The translations under genes and the position numbers were made by a program. Positions 40,249 through 49,679 of a stretch of 64,000 nucleotides of DNA are shown here, piece by piece. This DNA is from an uncultured Bacillota bacterium (GTDB taxonomy: Bacteria > Sysuimicrobiota > Sysuimicrobiia > Sysuimicrobiales > Segetimicrobiaceae), in the NCBI GenBank assembly GCA_963804645.1, contig CAWDRG010000009.1, positions 1,120,001 to 1,184,000 on the forward strand, read 5' to 3'. The notes under the pieces are model-generated. The model was given only the letters and a program-made list of their open reading frames with translations. It ran no database searches and was not told where the DNA came from. Position 1 is the stretch's first letter; the number at the start of each line of letters is the position of its first letter.

Positions 40249-40452
40249 TCAGTCTAGGGCGTCGCGCAGGAAGATGATCGCGAAGATCAGCACGGCGCCG
40301 ATTACCGCCAGCGCGGCTGCGCTCGGGACGAAATAGGGGTAGACCATGAGGACGACGCCTCCGAATACGGGAACGAGGCGGTCGGTTTTCTTCCCGTAGG
40401 CGAACGCCGCCATACCAATGAGGCTCAGGAAGAAATTTAGCGCGAGCGCCAT
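40249..40452 (-). CDS. Small membrane protein (YGKK...LMVYPYFV family)
   Basis: 67 aa; shares GKK, GGVxLMVYPY and C-terminal LRDAL with 39943-40212. Confidence 0.7.
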   Translation of the reverse strand: MALALNFFLSLIGMAAFAYGKKTDRLVPVFGGVVLMVYPYFVPSAAALAVIGAVLIFAIIFLRDALD

Positions 40453-40550
40453 GACACGCCACGCCGGCGGGTGCGCGGGCGGGATTTCTTCCGCCCGCGG
40501 CCAATCTCTCCCGCGAGGCGATAGATGCTGCATGAAGAGAGGCGGATCAT

Positions 40551-41342
40551 ATGATCGTTGTGCCCAGAGCCACCATCGCTCGGACGTGTCGGGTCGGCGC
40601 GGCGTGGCTGGCGGTGTGCGCGGTGTTGCTCCTGATCCCGGTCAGCGCGGCGCAGGCGGATTCGGACGCCCTGTGGAACATCCTCCACAACCTGTGCGTG
40701 CCCGACGAGCAGCAGCACGGGAATCCGGCTCCGTGCGCGGTGGTCAACCTCAGCGGCGGAGAACAGCACGGCTACGTCCTGTTGAAGGACATCGCCGGCG
40801 CCACGCAGTTCCTGCTGATGCCGACGGCAAAGATTACGGGCATTGAGAGTCCCGCCATTCTCGCCCCGGACGCGACGAACTACTTCGCGATCGCCTGGCA
40901 GTCGCGCACCTACGTCGAGGCGATCGTCCAACAGACCATGCCGCGGAACGACATCAGCCTGGCCGTCAACTCGGTGTACGGCCGTTCGCAGAACCAGCTC
41001 CACATCCACATTGACTGCGTGCGTTCGGACGTCCGCAACGCGCTGCGCGCGGCCGAGCCGACGATCCGCGGAGCCTGGGCGCCCCTCGGCGTGGCGCTTG
41101 AGGGCCACCAGTATTTGGCGATGAAAGTGGAGGGCGCGCAGTTGCAGGTCAATCCCTTCAAGCTGCTTGCGGACGGCGTGCCGGGGGCGCGGGACGCGAT
41201 GGGGTACCAAACGCTCGTCGTCGTCGGTGCCACGTTCTCCAACGGCCACGACGGCTTCATTCTCCTTGACGACCGTGCCAACGCGGCGACCGGGGACACT
41301 GGGAGCGGCGAGGAGCTTCAGGATCACACCTGCACGTTATGA
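40551..41342 (+). CDS. cdh: CDP-diacylglycerol diphosphatase family protein with signal peptide
   Basis: ALW.I...C, QFLLMPT.KITGIESP, NS.YGRSQNQLHIHIDC, SGEELQDH.C. Confidence 0.88.
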   Translation: MIVVPRATIARTCRVGAAWLAVCAVLLLIPVSAAQADSDALWNILHNLCVPDEQQHGNPAPCAVVNLSGGEQHGYVLLKDIAGATQFLLMPTAKITGIESPAILAPDATNYFAIAWQSRTYVEAIVQQTMPRNDISLAVNSVYGRSQNQLHIHIDCVRSDVRNALRAAEPTIRGAWAPLGVALEGHQYLAMKVEGAQLQVNPFKLLADGVPGARDAMGYQTLVVVGATFSNGHDGFILLDDRANAATGDTGSGEELQDHTCTL

Positions 41343-41458
41343 TGCGGCGGCCGCAGTCGCCGCCGGGTTGTCTGGAACGGATCGTGGCGTGAGGGCGTGC
41401 ATGCGCATCTTGACGCGGGGCGGTATGCGCACCGTGCACAGACGCTGGTCGTGATCGG

Positions 41459-41923
41459 GTGATGTCGGTGATCCAACCTCCCGAGGCGACGCCGGTGCCG
41501 TGGGGCGCTGTGGCGGCCTATACGGTGCTTCGTGTGGCGTTTGGGTTCGCGATGTTCATGCACGGCGTCGCGCGCCTCGTCGGCGGGATCGACATCTATG
41601 CCCACCGCTACCTTGCGGGCTTCGCACATGTCCCGCTGCCGCACGACCTCGTGGCGCTGGTCATCTATGCGATCCCGTATATCGAGGTGGTCATCGGGGC
41701 TCCCGTGGTGCTTGGGTTGTTGACACGTTGGGCCCTGCTCGCAAACGCTGCGCTGCTCCTCGTGTTCATTTTCGGGACCGGGATGCAGCAGAGTTGGAAC
41801 GGAGTCGAAACGCAGCTCGTCTATACGTTCCTCGTGTCGCTCCTGCTGTTGGGGCTGGGCCTCAACGTCGTGTCGCTCGACGATCTCGCTGCCCGGAGAA
41901 GAGGCGACTCGGACTCGCGCTGA
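41459..41923 (+). CDS. DoxX family membrane protein
   Basis: LRVAFG..MFMHG, PYIE..IG...LGLLTR, FGT..QQ.W, SLD. Confidence 0.82.
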   Translation: MMSVIQPPEATPVPWGAVAAYTVLRVAFGFAMFMHGVARLVGGIDIYAHRYLAGFAHVPLPHDLVALVIYAIPYIEVVIGAPVVLGLLTRWALLANAALLLVFIFGTGMQQSWNGVETQLVYTFLVSLLLLGLGLNVVSLDDLAARRRGDSDSR

Positions 41924-41937
41924 CGCCGCGTGTTTCG

Positions 41938-41966
41938 GTGACATGGTGGTCCCCGAGGGCTATAAT
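41938..41966 (+). promoter_or_regulatory. Sigma70-type promoter for the protease gene
   Basis: GTGACA-N17-TATAAT. Confidence 0.65.
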
Positions 41967-42069
41967 AAACTTCCCAAGTGGCCCCCGCGCGCAGCACGGT
42001 GGGTAGGGCAATTGGGAAGGCAAGGACGTGGATGGTTGCGGCACGTGCTCGTTCCGGGGGGCGATTCGT

Positions 42070-43449
42070 ATGCATGCGGCAACCTGCCTCGCGTGGTCAC
42101 GGTGGTTGCGTGCCGTCCTGACGGCGTTGTGGCTGGCCGCGGCGCTCCCCGGCAGTACGCTCGGAGCATCCGCCGCCCCGGCGGCGCCCGCGCAGCCGCC
42201 TGCGCTCTCGCTTCAACAGTTGTTCAGACAGAGCGCTCCTGCGGTCGTCACCATCACACAGGTCGACAACGGCGGCCGCGTGCTCGCCCTCGCCAGCGGA
42301 TTCGTCGTGTCCCCCTCCGGCGTGATCGTGACGAACCACCACGTCATCGCCCCAGAGCCGGGAGCGGTGCAGTTGGTGGTCAAGCTGCCGCGCGGGGACT
42401 CGTTTACCGACGTCCGGATCATCTACCAGGATGCCCGGCATGATCTGGCCGTCCTGTCCGTCAAGGCGTCGGGACTCACGGCGCTGAAACTGGGGGATTC
42501 GGATCGCGTCGAGGTCGGTGATCAGGTGGTAGCCATCGGAAATCCCGAGGGCCTCAACCTGACGTTTACCGTGGGCGTGGTGGAGGGCATCCGGACGGAT
42601 CCGAGCAACGGATCCCACTTCATTCAGCATCAGGCCCCGATTTCTCCCGGCTCAAGCGGCGGCCCGCTCCTGAACGCGCAGGGAGAAGTGATCGGGATCA
42701 ACACGTTCGAGATTCAGAACGCGCAGAATCTGAACGGGGCCATCCCCATCAACGACGCGAAGCCGTATCTTGGTGGCGCGGCCACCATGACCTGGCAGCA
42801 GTTCGCGCGGGCGGCTCCGGCCGCTCCGGCGGCGCCCGGCCCCGCCTCCGGACAAGCGGCGCCCCCCCAGGGGAGCGCGCCATCCGAACCCGGCTCATCG
42901 TTTTTCATGAAAGTCTCCGACTACCGGGGTGGTGAAGACGGCTATCGGGTCGGGTTCACCGCGGGTGTCTACGACACCGTCTCCCTGTTCGCGACCGTGG
43001 CACAGGGGCCAGGCGGGATCGACAACCAAATGCTCCTGGCGCTGTTCCAGTGTGTCGACGGCCAAGGTGATGCGCTCGGCCAGCTCGCGGGGTGGGTGAC
43101 GGCCCAGAGTCCCCCGGGCGATTACTCTGAAATCTCGGCGATCGTGGACGCCTGTCAGCAGACGGGCCCCTCGCGTGAAGTGGTGTTCATGACGGGACAA
43201 CTGTACCGTGACAGCGCCAATCCTCTCAAGGAGGGGTTCGTCGCGGGCGTCTACGACACCATCTCGATGTTCGCGGGGGCGGCCCAAGGATCCGGCCTGG
43301 ACAACCAGCGCGTCATCTCATTCTTCCGCTGCCTGGACAGCCACGGGGACACGGTCGCCTCCCTCAGGTCGTGGGTCGACCTCGCCGTCTCCGGCGGATC
43401 GCCCGATGACGTCGCATTCCTGGTTGTCTTGGCGGCCTGTCCGGGATAG
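42070..43449 (+). CDS. Secreted trypsin-like (S1C) serine protease, no PDZ, with two tandem C-terminal Rap1a-like domains
   Basis: Signal peptide; TNHHV / DLAVL / PGSSGGPL triad; Pro/Ala linker; repeated FM...GF.AGVYDT...C...C unit. Confidence 0.85.
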   Translation: MHAATCLAWSRWLRAVLTALWLAAALPGSTLGASAAPAAPAQPPALSLQQLFRQSAPAVVTITQVDNGGRVLALASGFVVSPSGVIVTNHHVIAPEPGAVQLVVKLPRGDSFTDVRIIYQDARHDLAVLSVKASGLTALKLGDSDRVEVGDQVVAIGNPEGLNLTFTVGVVEGIRTDPSNGSHFIQHQAPISPGSSGGPLLNAQGEVIGINTFEIQNAQNLNGAIPINDAKPYLGGAATMTWQQFARAAPAAPAAPGPASGQAAPPQGSAPSEPGSSFFMKVSDYRGGEDGYRVGFTAGVYDTVSLFATVAQGPGGIDNQMLLALFQCVDGQGDALGQLAGWVTAQSPPGDYSEISAIVDACQQTGPSREVVFMTGQLYRDSANPLKEGFVAGVYDTISMFAGAAQGSGLDNQRVISFFRCLDSHGDTVASLRSWVDLAVSGGSPDDVAFLVVLAACPG

Positions 43450-43766
43450 TGCCAGGCGAACGGGAGACGGAGGCACAGGCGCGGGCTCGGGAATCTCGCA
43501 TTCAGGCCCCGTTCCCTACGCGGGTGCGTGCGTGGCATGTTGTAGTCTGACAACGGCCACGTCATTCAGCAGACCCCTCGGAAACGAACGCCTGCAACTC
43601 CTCTGAGACTTCTACTCGGTTCGCTTCTCTGTTCGAACGAGCGTATACTAGGGAGGCTTCCCCTTCCTTACGTCCGCGACCACGTCCCTCGCACTCGGTC
43701 GGCTCCTCGGAGGAGAAGGTGCGCGATCTCAGCACGCGACCCGACCAACTCTTGAGGAGGACGACC

Positions 43767-44810
43767 ATGACGATCGGCACCGGCACCGTGATCGAGCACT
43801 CTGTGCACGCTCCCGGCGAACGCATGAAGGCGATCGTATACGGGAGATACGGGTCTCCCGACGTTCTCGAGTTAACGGAGATCCCGAAACCCGCGCCCAG
43901 GGACCATGAAGTCCTGATCAAGGTGCACGCCACAACCGTGACCTCTGGAGACTGGCGGGGCCGCACCCTCAATGTGCCAAGGGGGTTCGGGCTGATCTCG
44001 CGACTGGTGTTCGGCATCTCCAGACCGCGACAGCCCATCCTCGGGTCAGAGCTGTGCGGGGAGATCGTAGCGGTCGGCAAGACCGTCAGCAAATTCAAGG
44101 TAGGCGACACAGTCTTCGCATTCAGCGGCATGCGGATGGGCTGCTATGTCGAGTACAAGTGCATGCCTGAAGACGGCGCGGTCGCGCTGAAGCCCGCGAA
44201 CCTGAGTGACGAAGAAGCCGCCGCCATTTCGTTTGGCGGCACGACTGCGCTGATCTTCTTCAGAAGAGCAAAGATCCAGATCGGGGACAAAGTGCTGATC
44301 AATGGTGCGTCTGGCGCGGTGGGAACCGCCGCAGTACAGCTCGCCAGGCACTTCGGGGCAGAGGTGACCGGCGTGTGCAGCACTGGCAATCTCGAGCTCG
44401 TGAAATCAATCGGGGCCGACAAGGTGATCGACTACACCAAGACGGATTTCACCCAGAACGGTGAAACCTACGACATCATTGTCGACACCGCAGGTACGGC
44501 GCCCTTCTCCCGGAGCAAAGCCTCACTGCGGGCCGGGGGACGCCTGCTTCCGGTTCTCGGTACATTGGGCGACATGCTCCAAATGCCGTGGGTCGCGATG
44601 ACGGGCAACAAGCGGATCGTCGCTGGTCCAGTCAGCGGGCACGCAGCGGATCTCCGTTTTCTCGCAGGGCTGGCCGAGTTAGGACAGTTTAGACCGGTGG
44701 TCGATCGGCGCTATCCCTTCGAACAGATCGCCGACGCTCACCGCTATGTTGACACGGGCCGCAAGAGGGGGAATGTCGTCATAACTTTCGAGAATCGTCA
44801 CCAACACTGA
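43767..44810 (+). CDS. MDR superfamily NAD(P)-dependent oxidoreductase (quinone reductase-like)
   Basis: MKAIVY..YGSPDVL, INGASGAVG, GADKVIDY, AHRYVDTGRKRGNVV; GAGGAGG RBS; visibly lower GC than its neighbours. Confidence 0.9.
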   Translation: MTIGTGTVIEHSVHAPGERMKAIVYGRYGSPDVLELTEIPKPAPRDHEVLIKVHATTVTSGDWRGRTLNVPRGFGLISRLVFGISRPRQPILGSELCGEIVAVGKTVSKFKVGDTVFAFSGMRMGCYVEYKCMPEDGAVALKPANLSDEEAAAISFGGTTALIFFRRAKIQIGDKVLINGASGAVGTAAVQLARHFGAEVTGVCSTGNLELVKSIGADKVIDYTKTDFTQNGETYDIIVDTAGTAPFSRSKASLRAGGRLLPVLGTLGDMLQMPWVAMTGNKRIVAGPVSGHAADLRFLAGLAELGQFRPVVDRRYPFEQIADAHRYVDTGRKRGNVVITFENRHQH

Positions 44811-44948
44811 CGGCGGGATTGGCATCCTACAACATCAACGACAGCCTCGACAAATGCGGACACGGACAGACGGGCTGACTCGACGAACGAAGAGCGTGCG
44901 GCCGCGACGATACGAATTCAAGGTGCATCCACACGATGGGGGAAAGCC

Positions 44949-45107
44949 ATGAGCAGTTGGGGGAAGATGAGACTCGCCAGCGTCGTTTTTCCCGCCGTCA
45001 GCCTGTTTGTATGGACCCCACCGTTTCACGCGTCTCCAAAGATCGAACCCACGTGTCCTCCGGGATGCACCTGCGTTGGCCCGCGTCACTTGCCTGTTTG
45101 CGGGTGA
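44949..45107 (+). CDS. Candidate 52-aa secreted Cys-rich peptide (below the ORF-track cutoff)
   Basis: Hand translation MSSWGKMRLASVVFPAVSLFVWTPPFHASPKIEPTCPPGCTCVGPRHLPVCG; purine-rich GGGGGAAAG upstream. Confidence 0.35.
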   Translation: MSSWGKMRLASVVFPAVSLFVWTPPFHASPKIEPTCPPGCTCVGPRHLPVCG

Positions 45108-45277
45108 ATAATCGCTAATAGGACAACCGCAATACCCGGCCAATTCACAGTCCTATCGACCGTGTTGCTCCGCTCGCCCTGCGAGGAGATGGAACCGTCA
45201 CAGTGGTCGTGTGGATGGGTGGGTATTGGGTCGCAGAACGAGGTGGAGCTTTGTGCTGCGCTTGAGGAGCGGCAGCC

Positions 45278-45307
45278 TTGACCCTAATCCTGAATCGTTT
45301 CTATACT
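45278..45307 (+). promoter_or_regulatory. Sigma70-type promoter for the pfpI-like gene
   Basis: TTGACC-N18-TATACT about 50 bp upstream of the ATG. Confidence 0.6.
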
Positions 45308-45355
45308 GGGAGTTGAAGGTACGCGAGTCAAGACGACCCATGGGAGGGTGGCGCG

Positions 45356-45898
45356 ATGGATCTCACCGGAAAGAAAGTGGCGGTACTGGCTGAGGATTAT
45401 TACGAAAACCTGGAGCTTTGGTATCCGGTTCTCCGGCTTCGCGAGGCCGGCGCGCATGTGACGATCGTAGGGCCAAAGATGGGCGAGAGCTACAAGAGCA
45501 AGGAAGGCTACCCCGCGAAGGCCGAGTTGTCGATGGAGGATGCCAAGGCGTCGGAGTTCGACGCGGTGATCGTGCCCGGTGGATACGCGCCGGATCGGAT
45601 GCGCCGGCATGAGCCGATGCTGCGGCTCGTCCGGGAGGCGTTCGGACAGGGGAAAGTGGTCGCGTCGATCTGCCACGCGGCGTGGGTGCCGATTTCGGCC
45701 GGGATCCTGAAGGGCCGCACGATGACGTGCGTCAGCGCGGTGAAGGATGATGTCATCAACGCCGGCGCGCACTACGTGGACAAGGAAGTCGTCGTGGACG
45801 GCAACCTGATTTCGTCCCGGACCCCCGCGGATCTGCCGGCGTTCTGCCGCGAGATCATCAAGGCGCTCAGCACGGCGAAAGTCGCGGCGCGCGCCTAG
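45356..45898 (+). CDS. PfpI/DJ-1 family protein
   Basis: ELWYP, PGG.APD, ICHA nucleophile, VVDGNLISSR.P.DLPAF. Confidence 0.93.
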   Translation: MDLTGKKVAVLAEDYYENLELWYPVLRLREAGAHVTIVGPKMGESYKSKEGYPAKAELSMEDAKASEFDAVIVPGGYAPDRMRRHEPMLRLVREAFGQGKVVASICHAAWVPISAGILKGRTMTCVSAVKDDVINAGAHYVDKEVVVDGNLISSRTPADLPAFCREIIKALSTAKVAARA

Positions 45899-45994
45899 CG
45901 CGGCGTCCGCCGCTCAGTGGTGCACCGGCCCCGTGCGTCTCGGTGAGGGCGCAGGCGGCCGTGATGTGCGCGTGGCGGAGACGAGTCTTCCATC

Positions 45995-46636
45995 ATGATC
46001 CTTGAAGGATTTCCGGTCGGCCCGGTACAGGCGAACTGCTATCTGTTCGGCGACGAAGCCGCCGGCGAGATGTTCGTGATCGATCCGGGCGACGAGGCGG
46101 AGCACGTGCTCGCGGCGATTCGCCGCCATCGGAGCCGGGTCGTCGCGATCGTGAACACCCACGGGCACTTCGACCACGTCCAGGCGGTTGACGCGGTGCG
46201 CAAGGCGACCGGCGCGCCGTTCTGGATTCACGAGGGGGAGCGCGAGGTGCTCGAGCAGGGCCCCGCGCGGGCCCGCCAGTTTTTCGGCGTCGAGCTCCCG
46301 CCTTCTCCGATCCCGACGCGCTGGCTGGCCGACGGCGACCGGCTGCAGGTCGGGAGTCTCAGCCTCGTGGTGCGCCACACGCCCGGACACAGCCCGGGCG
46401 GCGTGTGTCTGATCGGCGATGGTCTCGCGTTTGTCGGGGACACGCTGTTCGCCGGCAGCATCGGGCGGACGGATCTCCCGGGCGCCAGCATGGACGTGCT
46501 GCTCGATTCGATCACCCGCGTCCTGCTGCCGCTGCCCGACGACACGGTCTGCTATCCCGGGCATGGGCCGGAGACGACGATCGGCGAGGAGAAGCGCTCG
46601 AACCCATTCATCGCGCCGCTCGTCCGCGACGGGTGA
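45995..46636 (+). CDS. MBL-fold hydrolase, glyoxalase II-like
   Basis: THGHFDH, HTPGHSPG, GDTLF.GSIGRTD, PGHG, NPF. Confidence 0.92.
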   Translation: MILEGFPVGPVQANCYLFGDEAAGEMFVIDPGDEAEHVLAAIRRHRSRVVAIVNTHGHFDHVQAVDAVRKATGAPFWIHEGEREVLEQGPARARQFFGVELPPSPIPTRWLADGDRLQVGSLSLVVRHTPGHSPGGVCLIGDGLAFVGDTLFAGSIGRTDLPGASMDVLLDSITRVLLPLPDDTVCYPGHGPETTIGEEKRSNPFIAPLVRDG

Positions 46637-47388
46637 CGGGAGCGCCGCCGGACACCTCCGCGGCTGACGTCCGGGCGCAGTCGCGCGTGCCGCGCCTGTT
46701 GTTTGTCCACGGCGCTGGCGGCAGCGCACACAGCTGGGATCTTCAGCGGCTCGCGTTCCCGGACGCGATCGTCCCCGACCTGCCCGGTCACGACGGGTCC
46801 GGGCCGGGGCGCCGGACGATCGCCGCGTACGGCGAGTGGCTGCGGCGCACCGCGCTCGAGCGTGCGTGGGCACCGGTCGTGCTTGCCGGCCACTCGATGG
46901 GCGGCGCCATCGCGCTGTGGTACGCGCTCGAACATCCCCGAGACCTTGACGGGCTCGTGCTCGTGGCGGCCGGTGCGCGGATGCGCGTGCACCCGGACCT
47001 GCTGGCCCTGCTGCGTGCGGACTATCCGGCGGCCGCCGACCGAATCGTCGACATCTCGCTCGCCGCGTCCCCGCGAGGGCGTCTCGCCGCGCGCCTCCGA
47101 GACGCGATGCTCGCGGTGCCGCAGGACGTCACGCTCGGCGACTTTGAGGCGTGCGACGCGTTTGACGTGCTCGGGAAGCTCGATGCGGTTCGCCTGCCGA
47201 CGCTCGTGATCGTCGGCGGCGAAGACCGCATGACGCCGCCCAAGTTCGCGGAGTATCTGCACTCCCACATCGACGGGTCGAGCCTGGCGGTGATCGCCGG
47301 CGCCGGACACATGGTCCATCTCGAGCGGCCCCGTGAGGTCAACCAGGCGATCCGGGAGTTCCGCGCCGGCCTCCGGCGCGGGGGATGA
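46633..47388 (+). CDS. Alpha/beta fold hydrolase
   Basis: HGAGG, DLPGH, GHSMGG, D..TP, AGHM; GTGA overlap. Confidence 0.9.
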   Translation: MTGAPPDTSAADVRAQSRVPRLLFVHGAGGSAHSWDLQRLAFPDAIVPDLPGHDGSGPGRRTIAAYGEWLRRTALERAWAPVVLAGHSMGGAIALWYALEHPRDLDGLVLVAAGARMRVHPDLLALLRADYPAAADRIVDISLAASPRGRLAARLRDAMLAVPQDVTLGDFEACDAFDVLGKLDAVRLPTLVIVGGEDRMTPPKFAEYLHSHIDGSSLAVIAGAGHMVHLERPREVNQAIREFRAGLRRGG

Positions 47389-47418
47389 CGGCGCCGTGCG
47401 CGCTCCGCCGGCGGCCGG

Positions 47419-48669
47419 TCAGGGAGCGGGCGGTACCGGCAGGCGGGCGCGCAGCTCCGCGACCAGTACGGTGACCCCGGCGAGCGCGAGGGCCGTCGCG
47501 ACGGTCCAAAACAGCGTGGCGTAGCTTCCCAGCCACGCCCCGAGGAGCGCCGCCCCCACCGGGGCGAGCGCTCTGGCGCCGTTTGAGCTCGTTCCGATCG
47601 CCCCGTTCACGCTGGCGTAGTAGCGGCGCCCAAACACGTCGGCGACGGCGGCCGGCCGCGCGAGCGTCGCCATGCCGTTTCCGGCGCCGAGCAGCAGGAT
47701 CGCGGGGAGCAGGGTCGGGAGGCGTCCCACGAACGGCAGTAGGGCCATGCCCGCGGCCTGCACGAGGAAGACGGACCCGGTGACGGCCCGCCGTCCGACC
47801 CAGGCGGAGATCGGCACGAAGACGAGGCGGCCGGGGATCTGCATCGCGCCGATCCAGCCGACGGCCGCCGCCGCGTACGTCGCCGCGTATCCGTGCTGTG
47901 CGAGGAACGGGATCATGTGCACGGTGACGGTGACGCTCGCGAACGCGGAGGCCGCGAACGCGACGCTCAATGCCCAGAAGAGGGACGTGCGCAGCGCCTC
48001 GCGCAGCGTGACCCCCTCGACCGGCGCGGGCGCGCGCGGCTCGACCGTCTGAGGCGGGGGCGGGGCGGCGGCGCGCAGGGCCAGCGCGTGGATCGGGATC
48101 GTGATCACCGCGAGGATCACGGCGAGGATCTCGACCGCGGTGCGCCAGCCGAACCGGACGAGCAGCGCGGCCTCGAACGGCATGAAGATGGTGCTCGCGA
48201 GGCCGGCGACGAGGGTCACGGTCAGGAGCGCGCGGTCGCGGTGCCTGGTGAACCACTGCACGACCGCGGCGAACGCCGGGTCGTACAGCGTCATCGCCAT
48301 CGCGAGCCCCATGCCGCCCCAGACGAGGTACAGGACGGGCACGCTTCCGGTCCGGGACCACGCGAACGTCAGCGCGACGGCCAGGCACGACCCGAGGGTC
48401 ATCAGCCCGCGCGGCCCGCTGTGGTCCAGCCACCGCCCGACCGGGATCGCGGCGGCGGCGCTCACCGCGAGGGCGAGCGAAAACGCGCCGGTGACGGCGA
48501 CGGGCGAGGCCCGGAGGTCGCGCTCCATCGCCTGGAGGAACACCGGAAATCCGTAGTAGATGATGCCCCACGAGACCAGCTCGGTGACGGCGAGGGCCGT
48601 GACGATCACCCACCCGTAGTGCACGCGCGGCGCGCGCTCGATGCCGGCGGTGCCCGGAGAGGAAACCAC
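47419..48669 (-). CDS. MFS transporter (OFA-like)
   Basis: HYGW, VGRWLD..GPR, QWF.RHR.RAL, FGRRYY; start uncertain. Confidence 0.87.
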   Translation of the reverse strand: MVSSPGTAGIERAPRVHYGWVIVTALAVTELVSWGIIYYGFPVFLQAMERDLRASPVAVTGAFSLALAVSAAAAIPVGRWLDHSGPRGLMTLGSCLAVALTFAWSRTGSVPVLYLVWGGMGLAMAMTLYDPAFAAVVQWFTRHRDRALLTVTLVAGLASTIFMPFEAALLVRFGWRTAVEILAVILAVITIPIHALALRAAAPPPPQTVEPRAPAPVEGVTLREALRTSLFWALSVAFAASAFASVTVTVHMIPFLAQHGYAATYAAAAVGWIGAMQIPGRLVFVPISAWVGRRAVTGSVFLVQAAGMALLPFVGRLPTLLPAILLLGAGNGMATLARPAAVADVFGRRYYASVNGAIGTSSNGARALAPVGAALLGAWLGSYATLFWTVATALALAGVTVLVAELRARLPVPPAP

Positions 48670-48756
48670 GGTCCTACCGGTTCCGACACAGCGGGCGCGG
48701 TCCCTGCCGCGCGGCAGGCGGGAGGACCGCCGCGGACGCGCGCGGAATATCGAGCC

Positions 48757-49566
48757 ATGCCGCCGATCACCGACACGGACGCGCTGCGCGGCGCGTCGCC
48801 CCGCGATCTCCGGCTCCGGATCCGGCGCGGCGAGTGGACCGGGGTGACCGCGGGCCTCGCGCCGGGGTTCGCGCAGACGAACCTCGTTGTGGTGCCCCGG
48901 GAGATCGCCTACGACTTTCTCGTGTTCTGCCAGCGCAACCCGAAGCCGTGTCCGTTGGTCGACGTCGCGGATCCGGGTAGTCCCGAGCCGGCGTTCTCCG
49001 CGCCCGGGGCCGATCTCCGGACCGACGTGCCGCGGTACCGGGTCTACCGCGGCGGCCGCCTCGAGGAGGAAGTGACGGAGATCACCCGGCTGTGGCGCGA
49101 CGATCTGGTCGCGTTTCTCCTCGGGTGCTCGTTCACGTTCGAGCACGCGATGGAGCGGGCCGGTCTTCCCGTGCGACACATCGAGGACCGTCACAACGTG
49201 CCGATGTACGTGACCTCGGTCGCGTGCCGGCCGGCGGGAGCGCTGCGCGGCCCCATGGTCGTGACGATGCGGCCGCTCCCCCCGGCCGCGGTGCCCCGGA
49301 CCGTGCTCGTGACCGGCCGGTATCCGAAGGCGCACGGCGCGCCCGTCCACGTGGGAGACCCGGCCGTGATTGGGATCCGCGATTTGGCCAGGCCCGACTT
49401 CGGCGATCCTCCGCGCATCGAGCCCGGCGAGATGCCCGTGTTTTGGGGGTGCGGCGTCACGCCGCAGGCCGTCGCGATGGCGGCCAAGGTGGATCTCATG
49501 ATCACCCACGCGCCCGGGCATATGTTTGTGACCGACCTGCTGGACGAGGACCTGACGAGCACCTGA
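48757..49566 (+). CDS. DUF1445/D-glutamate cyclase family putative hydro-lyase (YcsI-like)
   Basis: FCQRNPKPCP, TDVPRYRVY, GCSFTFE, NVPMY, HGAPVH.G, FWGCGVTPQ, THAPGHM. Confidence 0.92.
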   Translation: MPPITDTDALRGASPRDLRLRIRRGEWTGVTAGLAPGFAQTNLVVVPREIAYDFLVFCQRNPKPCPLVDVADPGSPEPAFSAPGADLRTDVPRYRVYRGGRLEEEVTEITRLWRDDLVAFLLGCSFTFEHAMERAGLPVRHIEDRHNVPMYVTSVACRPAGALRGPMVVTMRPLPPAAVPRTVLVTGRYPKAHGAPVHVGDPAVIGIRDLARPDFGDPPRIEPGEMPVFWGCGVTPQAVAMAAKVDLMITHAPGHMFVTDLLDEDLTST

Positions 49567-49679
49567 CCGTCGTTCCGCCGCCGCGGCCGTTCACCGTCGT
49601 GATGCGCCGTTCTGCGCCCCGCGCCGCCGTGCGTGCGCTCGGCAGATCCACGCGGCGCATCCGACTTTGAGGAGGCGAC

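Noticed and set aside
43537..44835. 9-bp inverted repeat ATGTTGTAG / CTACAACAT bracketing the lower-GC MDR gene, suggesting a cassette or transposon remnant
   Set aside because: Too short, no target duplication, no attC-like structure, no recombinase nearby; could be chance
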